Source: a virus (Duplodnaviria > Caudoviricetes). From it: a stretch of DNA of 25,041 bases. Position numbers and translations under genes: made by a program. How positions within the stretch are numbered: the stretch's first letter is position 1; each line of letters starts with the position of its first letter. The stretch covers positions 1 to 25,041 of the IMG/VR virus record IMGVR_UViG_3300020413_000075; one strand, written 5' to 3'. Below, piece by piece: positions 20,301 to 24,947 of this stretch. The notes beneath the pieces were generated by a model. It was not told the DNA's origin, searched no databases, and worked only from the letters and a program-made list of their open reading frames with translations.

Positions 20301-21777
20301 TTGCAGATTTTACTTCACCATTTGATTTTAATATAACATCAATTCTGTCACCTTTCTTTAAAAAATGATCAACTCTAGTTGTAAAAGATTCACTTCCATC
20401 ATGATTAAGAACATCAACATAAGATAAGTTATTATAAAACCAAGTATTAAATTTTTTATCGTTAATATCTGTTTTCTTACCTAAATGTTTAACTCTTATC
20501 TTGTCATCAATATCAAAATACTTAGTATTACTAACATCTGATACTCCAGATATTGATCCAGTCACTCTCATTGTACAAATCTTTGTTAAATCATTATTTT
20601 CATAACCATAAATGAAATTAGTGTCAATAATTGAATTCGATTCAACAAATACTGTTGAAATTCCAGTACATCCAAAAAATTGATTATTTGACTTTGAAGT
20701 GTAACTTGCTAATGTGTATCGATTGTCTGCATTTAAGTAATAAAAGTTACCTGCTTTGGTAAATCCAATTGTAGAATCGACAGTTGTGACTTCTGTAGTT
20801 GATGCTGTGCCAACTACTTTTGTTTTTGTAGATACTTTAAATTTATTTGTTATCGTTCCCTTTGAAAAAGAAATTTTATGATATTTTTTGTCTTTTAAAT
20901 ATATTTCCTGAACATTTGCTACAGCTCCACTTGCAGTTGGAGTTGTAAATGAATCTTGATATATTTTAAGTCCAATTAGGTTTATAGGATTGCCACTTAG
21001 ACTTTCCACAATGATGTCATCAGTTACATCCCACTCTGCGTCTGAAGGTAGAAGAGTTTGATCGAATGGTTTAATTACATCAACCTGTTCTCCATACAAA
21101 ACTTGAAATAAAATCTGTAAAGACGTATCTGTTCCTTTTGAACTGTAAAAATCTCTTGCTCTTGATAAAATATTTTCTACATTTAACCCATATGCAAAAC
21201 CTTTACCTTCTAAACCAGGTAAAAATTGTTTTTTAAATTTTTTGTAGAACTGTGTTACAAAAAGGAAACTTAAATTAACAACTAATGAACTAGCAGCGTG
21301 TGAAGATGCATTTGTATCGCTAAAAGTCAAAAATTCAGGGGAACCAGCTGTTTCAAGATCAGATATTCCACTAAATCCACGAACACAACCAGTAAATGAA
21401 GTTGCAGTTTTTCCAGTGTATGTAATAATTTCATTGTCAATTTTTAAGAGACCATATTTGTCAGGAAAACCTGTAGTTTGATTTACATTAATAACATCGT
21501 CATATGCATATGTTGAAGATGCTAAAACAACAGGAGATTCTGGATTTGTACTGTTTGGTGCAGGTACTGTTTGTTTTTCAACCAAAGAGATGTCAGCTAC
21601 AGTTGAAATTTTCTTTAATGATGAGATATTATCACTTAGATAAGTCGATCCATACTCACGTTCCTCAGATTCGTAGTATTGAGTTAAAAATTCTATAAAA
21701 AGTGGATTATCTGCCTGTATAAAATCTGGTATTTGGCTACCAAGAATATTCGAGATTTTAACTTTTTTATCTGACAT
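11341..21777 (-). CDS. gp7: Baseplate wedge initiator gp7, greatly expanded (3478 aa)
   Basis: Lies between gp6 and gp8. Has N-terminal QIPDFIQ..NPLFIEFLTQYYES, core motif RDFYSSKGT..SLQILFQVLYGE (~21090-21160), and second core motif HDNDYYQRFSYSIK...W...V..LDHVAGFKNF (~14450-14570). Many inserted repeat modules; ends in tandem TAA TAA. Confidence 0.85.
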   Translation of the reverse strand: MSDKKVKISNILGSQIPDFIQADNPLFIEFLTQYYESEEREYGSTYLSDNISSLKKISTVADISLVEKQTVPAPNSTNPESPVVLASSTYAYDDVINVNQTTGFPDKYGLLKIDNEIITYTGKTATSFTGCVRGFSGISDLETAGSPEFLTFSDTNASSHAASSLVVNLSFLFVTQFYKKFKKQFLPGLEGKGFAYGLNVENILSRARDFYSSKGTDTSLQILFQVLYGEQVDVIKPFDQTLLPSDAEWDVTDDIIVESLSGNPINLIGLKIYQDSFTTPTASGAVANVQEIYLKDKKYHKISFSKGTITNKFKVSTKTKVVGTASTTEVTTVDSTIGFTKAGNFYYLNADNRYTLASYTSKSNNQFFGCTGISTVFVESNSIIDTNFIYGYENNDLTKICTMRVTGSISGVSDVSNTKYFDIDDKIRVKHLGKKTDINDKKFNTWFYNNLSYVDVLNHDGSESFTTRVDHFLKKGDRIDVILKSNGEVKSANVEVKDANEPNKFSIEVTSKPNIVGDYTIRKIVTSIDSRFGITSLMGNIQNSFVDSDGNTYISFSGYPSFETDTTNRSRTFNSAVGVSTNAHTITVGGHNFTNGEQIYLELGKDTNSGSGLVGITTGYYFVNVIDSNTIKLASTQANLFNKSLEQPRFIGINTSTFQNVTHTITPADLHKRVKLRNQDNFKRIYNNPVISTGNQKLFGSIGVSLNGIEYQSPISKDYINYGQLDEIEVLNSGENYDIVNPPTLSITDTSGSGCDSYGNFSGNVSEIIVTNRGFDYTKIPSITISGGNGSGAVCEAKMRGFTHSASFTDFDVSLAADTFNGEHKFLNGEEVTYTATGTPIGIGVTNVGFTTSRLLSGSTYFVSKRSNTSFTLNINKNDAIAGINTIYLIQNGDGTHTFKSRGIRQVIDRIVVTNSGSSYSNRKVQISSQQYPPTDRKDIFKTIVGVNTFNDYIYAKNHNFKNGDNVEYICTGTVISGLSTSKVYKITIVDDNKFKLSDAGTLSSIVSTNYDRKIYESLNSVGVGTHTFKYPDIKVNISNDVAIGLTSTIPEYYKGSADPIVRGKLENIFLKSGGVGYGVTNIINYVRQPSMSFLTGKDAELNPIIVDGKIVNVVISNEGSEYTTPPDLEVVGVGTVTGSFAKLKAIVSGGKITSVQIIEKGSGYNPSKTLIKINPVGKDALISAKIYKWEINSVERYKTSLTNNNQLLQINSELAIKGNKICSFYPPTKYKELVGDNNNTTGHSKIVGWAYDGNPIYGAITNSTVGTGFTFAESSYSISAINDSNYRPVQSTYTNGYFTNDYLYDESGDLDEFNGKFTITPEYPNGTYAYFSTVDKASFEPTFPYITFKHRNHTDDFNYNYLNDQSDLTINDGKYKRNVTHLGLNETHRRYPLLQDTLDSKPVIEVDGVKSAEITEITIDESGENYKVNDKLNFSDPTISSRVNEVLGKPIVSVGTTNTVVNNLKFSVSDNKITGLSTTSHELLDGDIVEISGISSTKYKNLEGVRIIGVSTVTSSISTSLPTSNVGISTFLTFSDSTISRKFKVNDIVMIGTEQFLIIDHDDINNKHRVIRGHNSNTSTTPAHNSGSVITRLEKEFTYTIDKKIENKNIEFPKIQYFEAAKSVGIGTSFTNVTVGFVGVTPIKKSIPPKAIFLPNHKFKSGDEVSLVSLGSTIFGSRNLNLSNPFNLSSFSKLFCVKINNDFIGLSTEKVGFSTNNVFFKQIVTGLTDNAKLELVFNNVTGDATRVNGTVTVATGTTIGQQHGLSVGDEFKLDIKSKQTQTFDFRYNENIRKLVVNPTSFTSSGIQTGTSLSKITINSHDFETGDIVVYNSSTPATPLVNNGVYYVIKDSSNTIRLSNNSYDLSTFPYNYIGIGTTGGVNHQISKINPKLTVFKNNTVEFLTSDSSLTDYDIEFYNDSNFISKYNTNLITRSGVNGDGNSTTKINVSVGSSLEDNFYYRVIGKSGNFTKTISHFANENVPNHSEIEVLESKFNIKHKVTGIGTNIFKFNPVGVAETTSYTATGFSSAFYSTKSTTELGGIHSVEILSKGFEVSSLPILTSIGTTTGNNAVLTIETNEIGQIEGTQTIIQGIEFPPGKDLQPEAESNLILDLKNVFTLKSIGVTTGGIEYTTPPNVIVVGNSIIVAQSKLNGSAVGSVNILTNDTGLSEDIKIVPINNSNGVVVKGAETTSGLVTLELRAPIPETGSSASGFYNQGNDFPFKKGDEIFVENVKILDDVNGSPTGDGYNSSNYNYSYFTVIGVTTTGGDEKIQYSISGVGSTGGTYQVDNNFGRVIKKDHLATFNAEFNKVSFFDNETVKVLGKGVSGIVASKGWDSESETLKLFNVIGEFVDNDIIVGSQSNNKSTVEKTFKFDFDLNVDSATEIENGWKQETGKLNSSIQNLHDNDYYQRFSYSIKGAVPYDTWKDSVNSLDHVAGFKNFCNLGVHSTAKHTLKSDGLLDLDVDIDAEASVHEKFYYDLVSENTTDPNLSKLVTFDSKIITDYNESITNKVLLIDDISSQFTGIVTSTGGGVIGTTSFDLFTNSDSLFHRGFNPSSGVSTATHTVSIPRHEFNTGEQLIYKPQTGQSAIGIAATTVPGIGVTNLLPPTVFAIKEDNDLIKVAVAKSFADAGVSVSFVNVSGIGTNHTLSVPSKDATIRTLISIDNVIQSPVGITTAISVGLSTQVGISTNSIFLNDVSDIEGKSLLRIESEILKVNLVGVGSTNSLSVERGQMGTVATAHTVGAAVTVMKGDYRINEGKLYFTEAPYGPTGGISTFSSFTGRAYYRLSYTTNKILDDISDRFDGSTDKFNLTSNGVDATGITSSFGAVLINNIFQKPFLGVVGSSALSDYTLVGTGQTIDFTGTSGNKDLPRGGIINEFDVGIGSGYQFPRKAIFSAVVSNSGTIQSVGIVTGGAGYLSNPLVSISSTIGVGAAFTAFVSAGVVTSITINNAGAGYTNTGISTGLNFITVAPPSPYKNIPLTGGNGSGASIDVVVGTGGSIVSFDMANRGIGYEIGDNLQLSTIPFQVGIGTSAFNITVKNKYQDKFSGWCFGQLLELDDFSSQFNGFRKSFLITRTITSKEYYSIVAQKGSGIILQNNLLIFINDILQIPGKDYTFNGGTRISFREAPKRNSKFRIYFYAGSESDFDEIDVDETIKPGDQLRLQKYGGEFEQDNRVVYELIAADTLETQTYSGVGISTDTTFLRPTMWRKQTEDLTIDGLRISKERNYLEPKILPTSGIIKSVSSSDTKVYIKDSWAFSVVDGVEAKLNNVSIVGNLAGIGTTAPKVEEIKNVTYVGDYGDIVGIGTSAVGINTTGPALFFELKPDSTIFPANINSPTSKERLKTGITTGDYFVIQNTSIGSSTSGVTGIRTTSSGPQIVGVGTEFIDNIYFAEHIVSVGSSIVRVFSNVQSISGINTVGFATFGLSRVGDYSWGAVNVSRGVNSKSFEFFNQNGVSGIETSAQVIRSLPVKITY

Positions 21778-21780
21778 CTG

Positions 21781-23664
21781 TTATCTTGTATATTTTTTAT
21801 TGCTAATAAAACTAGATGGTGGTGTATAGTTTGTTCCAGAAATATTGGAACCAGAAACAAGAACATCCTCTAACAAGTCAAGTTTGCTATTTCCTTTAGT
21901 ATCTAGGACAATATAAATGTTCTCTTTTGCCACAATATCATTAGATTCTGGAGTAACTTCAATTTCAATCTTACCATCTATAGTTGTAGATGATATGTTG
22001 ATTGGAAACAGATTTATTTCTCCTCTTTTGTAATCTACGATTCCTGCATTGTTATTAATATAGGTAACTATATCTCCATCAATTGTAAAAAACTTGATGG
22101 TTCCTGTAAGTTGATCGTTATCTGGAAAATCAGTCAAATATATGTCTCCATCAACTCCTTCAATCTTAAATGCAGTAGAACGTATATTAAATCCTTCCAA
22201 ATCGGCATGAAAAACATTTCCGTAGCAAATTTCATATGTTGCAATTTGGTTATAAGAGGGTTTTAAATCTCTTCTCATTATCAAAGTGGTAATATTTGAT
22301 GTTATACCACTATCAACTCGGTCAATTTGAGAAAGTAACTTACTATACTTCAATCTTCCACCAAAAGAGTTGATATCTGATGATCTTGCATAAGTTTCAA
22401 TCGCAGATAATATTCGAGATTGTAAATTTAACTTATCAGAGACAAATCCTGTATCAAATGATACTGTTGAGTTAAATTCAACATACAAATACTTTAAATC
22501 TAAAAATTCTTGCTTGATGCCAGCTACTGTATACTTCTTTAAATCATTTTTTATTGAGTCTTTAACGACTTCAGACAAAACTTCACCGTTTTTAGGTTTA
22601 ACTGTGATGTAAACCTTTCCAAACTCAGGTGGATCGAGTTCTTCACCACCATAAGCACTTACTGAGTCTATGTTTGGGTATAAGAAGGGTATTAGACTCT
22701 TATAATCATTTGGCGTAACTGCTCTATACTGCGATGCATATACCCTTGGAGCAAGATATTTGATGTTATCCACAGATTCTATCGAATCTCCGTTTTCAGA
22801 CTTCTGTGTAGTCGTTATAAGCGATATACCAGAGGTAATATCCTTATCTGTACCACTTGAAATATAAGTTAATCTTCCAGAGAAGTTAAAATTAGCAGCA
22901 TTGTTACCATCTCCTCCATTTGTAACAATGTAACTGACTCTTATTTTAGCTCCATTTGCTGGTTTTCTTCCCAAAACATTATCACCAAACATAATTTGGT
23001 ATCTTTCATCATCAATTTCTTGAAAAAGGAACAATCTTGACTCGGCATTTACATCAAAGATGTTTGTATAGGCATTATATACTTGAGTTGACCCCTTTTC
23101 TTCAACTTCAACACGAATTGAAGAGGTATCAATGTTTGCATTTGGTAAAATATACCTTTGATTAGTCTGTGAACTGTTTACAACAAAAGTTTTTGTCAAA
23201 TAATTACCTTCATATATTGAAATATTACTAAAACTAGCAATTCCACGACTATCTGGAGTCACTATGATATCATCTGGAATAGAAAATATATAATTTCCAC
23301 CTTGAACAGACCCAAGAGCAACTAAACCTTTACTCAACTTAACAACATTTGCTCCATCTGGTGCATTTACATTAAAATTTATTTTTGCAACAGAAGATTT
23401 TGTAGATCTTGGCACATATCCAATATTTCTTGCAAGTGATACAACATTTTCACGAAGAGTTGCACTATCAATGAATGATTCATTAACAGCCATATTCGTA
23501 TTGTACGAAGTAATATAAGAATTATATGCTAAAGTATCAATTAAAACTGAAAAATTAGATCCCTCAAAGTCAAAATCAGAAAAATTTGAGTTTGATCTCA
23601 AGTAATCTTTGATCTGAACCCTTAAAGTATTAAAATCTAGGTTAGTAAACTGTGAAAATGACAT
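21781..23664 (-). CDS. gp6: Baseplate wedge protein gp6 (627 aa)
   Basis: Motifs LDFNTLR.QIKDYL, FSDFDFEGSNFSVLIDTLAYN, NESFIDSATLRENVVSLARNIGYVPRS, YQIMFGDNVLGRKP.NG, APRVYASQYRAVT..DY and PPEFGKVYI are T4 gp6/baseplate-J-like. Size is similar to T4 gp6. Confidence 0.95.
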   Translation of the reverse strand: MSFSQFTNLDFNTLRVQIKDYLRSNSNFSDFDFEGSNFSVLIDTLAYNSYITSYNTNMAVNESFIDSATLRENVVSLARNIGYVPRSTKSSVAKINFNVNAPDGANVVKLSKGLVALGSVQGGNYIFSIPDDIIVTPDSRGIASFSNISIYEGNYLTKTFVVNSSQTNQRYILPNANIDTSSIRVEVEEKGSTQVYNAYTNIFDVNAESRLFLFQEIDDERYQIMFGDNVLGRKPANGAKIRVSYIVTNGGDGNNAANFNFSGRLTYISSGTDKDITSGISLITTTQKSENGDSIESVDNIKYLAPRVYASQYRAVTPNDYKSLIPFLYPNIDSVSAYGGEELDPPEFGKVYITVKPKNGEVLSEVVKDSIKNDLKKYTVAGIKQEFLDLKYLYVEFNSTVSFDTGFVSDKLNLQSRILSAIETYARSSDINSFGGRLKYSKLLSQIDRVDSGITSNITTLIMRRDLKPSYNQIATYEICYGNVFHADLEGFNIRSTAFKIEGVDGDIYLTDFPDNDQLTGTIKFFTIDGDIVTYINNNAGIVDYKRGEINLFPINISSTTIDGKIEIEVTPESNDIVAKENIYIVLDTKGNSKLDLLEDVLVSGSNISGTNYTPPSSFISNKKYTR

Positions 23665-24065
23665 TATATCCTAGTCGGTTGAAGTAAAAATTCGATATTT
23701 TGTGTTGGAAAAGGTAATCCTACGATTTCATACTCAATTCTTATCTGTAGTTCGTAAGAATCAATTAAAGATTCAGCGATAACATTGGTAAGTTTTATTC
23801 TTGGTTCAAAGTTTTTGAGCAAAACAGTGATTTCTCTTTCTAAAAATGATGAAATGTCATTTAAATTCGTCTCAAACAACGAATCTTCAATTGATGTACC
23901 CAATAAGTCATTAAAAAATCTCTCATTAATGCGTGTTCGGCATAAATTGATGACTGATCTCTTTATTGCATCTTCATTCTTCAACACAGTTACGTCATTT
24001 GTAACTGGATGTCGAGTAAATGATAAACTTATGTCTTTAAATGCACGAGAAATTTGAACTGCCAT
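23664..24065 (-). CDS. gp25: Baseplate wedge protein gp25 (133 aa; sheath initiator, GPW/gp25 family)
   Basis: Motifs FKDISLSF..HPVTND, NEDAIKRSVINL..T...ERFF...LG..I...LFE and I...LKNFEPRI. Its stop overlaps the gp6 start (TAATG, 23662-23666). Confidence 0.93.
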   Translation of the reverse strand: MAVQISRAFKDISLSFTRHPVTNDVTVLKNEDAIKRSVINLCRTRINERFFNDLLGTSIEDSLFETNLNDISSFLEREITVLLKNFEPRIKLTNVIAESLIDSYELQIRIEYEIVGLPFPTQNIEFLLQPTRI

Positions 24066-24120
24066 TCATTTTGATATATTTTTCCTAATATATCTATAAG
24101 GGTTTTTTGAATAATAAACT

Positions 24121-24128
24121 TATTTATT
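24121..24128 (-). promoter_or_regulatory. Late promoter AATAAATA (NATAAATA type) upstream of gp25
   Basis: The minus strand reads GAA TAA ATA, overlapping the stop codon of the 43-aa ORF, about 55 nt upstream of gp25. A one-mismatch variant TATAGATA also lies at 24091-24098. Confidence 0.55.
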
Positions 24129-24255
24129 CCCCTTCTTTCAGAAATTGAGGTTTTTCTTCCTCTTTTTCCTCATAATAGGTATCAGCATCGTATTCACTAA
24201 TCAGTTTTTTACCACTTTTGATGAATTCTTGTGACTTATCCATTTTAATAACCAT
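24124..24255 (-). CDS. Small hypothetical protein (43 aa, MVIKMDKSQEFIKSGKKLISEYDADTYYEEKEEEKPQFLKEGE)
   Basis: Start re-assigned from the ORF track's 24324 to ATG 24255. That ATG follows a strong SD (AAGGAG, 7-nt spacer) and a late promoter, and it removes the overlap with the upstream gene. Confidence 0.75.
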   Translation of the reverse strand: MVIKMDKSQEFIKSGKKLISEYDADTYYEEKEEEKPQFLKEGE

Positions 24256-24262
24256 TTTTTTT

Positions 24263-24268
24263 CTCCTT
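24263..24268 (-). promoter_or_regulatory. Shine-Dalgarno site AAGGAG
   Basis: The minus strand reads TTAAGGAG-AAAAAAA-ATG, the clearest SD in the window. Confidence 0.75.
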
Positions 24269-24275
24269 AATGATT

Positions 24276-24283
24276 TATTTATC
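24276..24283 (-). promoter_or_regulatory. Late promoter GATAAATA (NATAAATA type)
   Basis: The minus strand reads GGA TAA ATA, overlapping the stop of the 222-aa ORF, about 20 nt upstream of ATG 24255. This is the same spacing as the gp8 promoter. Confidence 0.7.
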
Positions 24284-24947
24284 CTAATTCTAGGTCTTCT
24301 TTTCTTTCTTTTGCTGTTTTCCAAAAATAATTCTCGTCATTTCCCAATCCATCACGATCATGTCCGTTTTCCACCTGATAATACACGGTTGATACTTTAA
24401 AATCAGGATTCTTGGGTGTCTCAGGAGTAAGACTATTATCGTATATCCTCATTCTATTATTTGGATACAAACAAAACTGTCCATTATCCAATTCTAATAG
24501 GTTATGACTCTTATGTTCAGCTGGTTGTTCACTTGTTGAGTAATCTATTGCATCTACATCTTGATGATAGTTATCTAATGTACAAATGTATGTACCTGTT
24601 TGTGTTCCAAAGTCTCTTGTTAGTACTTCATAGTGCATTGACCCTACAAACTGCTTCTGTACCGCAACGACCCCGTAGTCCATACAATTCCAAAACTGAA
24701 GATTGTGTAAGGTCATATCAGGTTTGGGTGTCTCAGGGTCGCTTGTGAATGCGGAGATCGGCAGTTTATCAAACATCGCAGCATACTCTGGTAGATAAGT
24801 CTCAAAGTAAAAGGCACGACCTGGTATACTCTTGGCAGATACCCATACTCCTTTTACAAATTCACCATGACCACTTTGGTGGTCGGTCAGGTACTCTTTA
24901 CGTACCCAGACCTCATAAGAAGGAAGATTACAAATTAATGCTGCCAT
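24279..24947 (-). CDS. Conserved hypothetical protein of T4-like marine phages (222 aa)
   Basis: Intact ORF coupled to the upstream ORF by TAATG. Motifs NLP...VWVRKEYL, SIPGRA..F, LPISAF, WNC.DY, EHKSHN.LELDNGQF.LYPNNR. Function not recognised. Confidence 0.85.
   Translation of the reverse strand: MAALICNLPSYEVWVRKEYLTDHQSGHGEFVKGVWVSAKSIPGRAFYFETYLPEYAAMFDKLPISAFTSDPETPKPDMTLHNLQFWNCMDYGVVAVQKQFVGSMHYEVLTRDFGTQTGTYICTLDNYHQDVDAIDYSTSEQPAEHKSHNLLELDNGQFCLYPNNRMRIYDNSLTPETPKNPDFKVSTVYYQVENGHDRDGLGNDENYFWKTAKERKEDLELG
24412..24737. repeat. 14-bp exact direct repeat ttgggtgtctcagg at 24412-24425 and 24724-24737
   Basis: Both copies read CCT GAG ACA CCC AA on the minus strand and encode PETPK in the 222-aa ORF. 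Confidence 0.8.

Noticed and set aside
2300-21777. Inteins, introns or homing endonucleases as the cause of the giant ORF sizes
   Set aside because: I saw no intein splice-junction motifs or LAGLIDADG/HNH/GIY-YIG signatures, and the frames are uninterrupted. The extra length is repeated structural modules.
24080-24110. Imperfect hairpin cctaata-tatc-tataagg followed by a T-run on the plus strand
   Set aside because: The stem is AT-rich and mismatched, and the T-run is on the non-coding strand. Too weak to call a terminator.
24256-24324. N-terminal extension of the 66-aa ORF call (MENSKRKKRRPRIRINKSLRRKK)
   Set aside because: It overlaps the 3' end of the 222-aa gene and spans the promoter and SD that point to ATG 24255.
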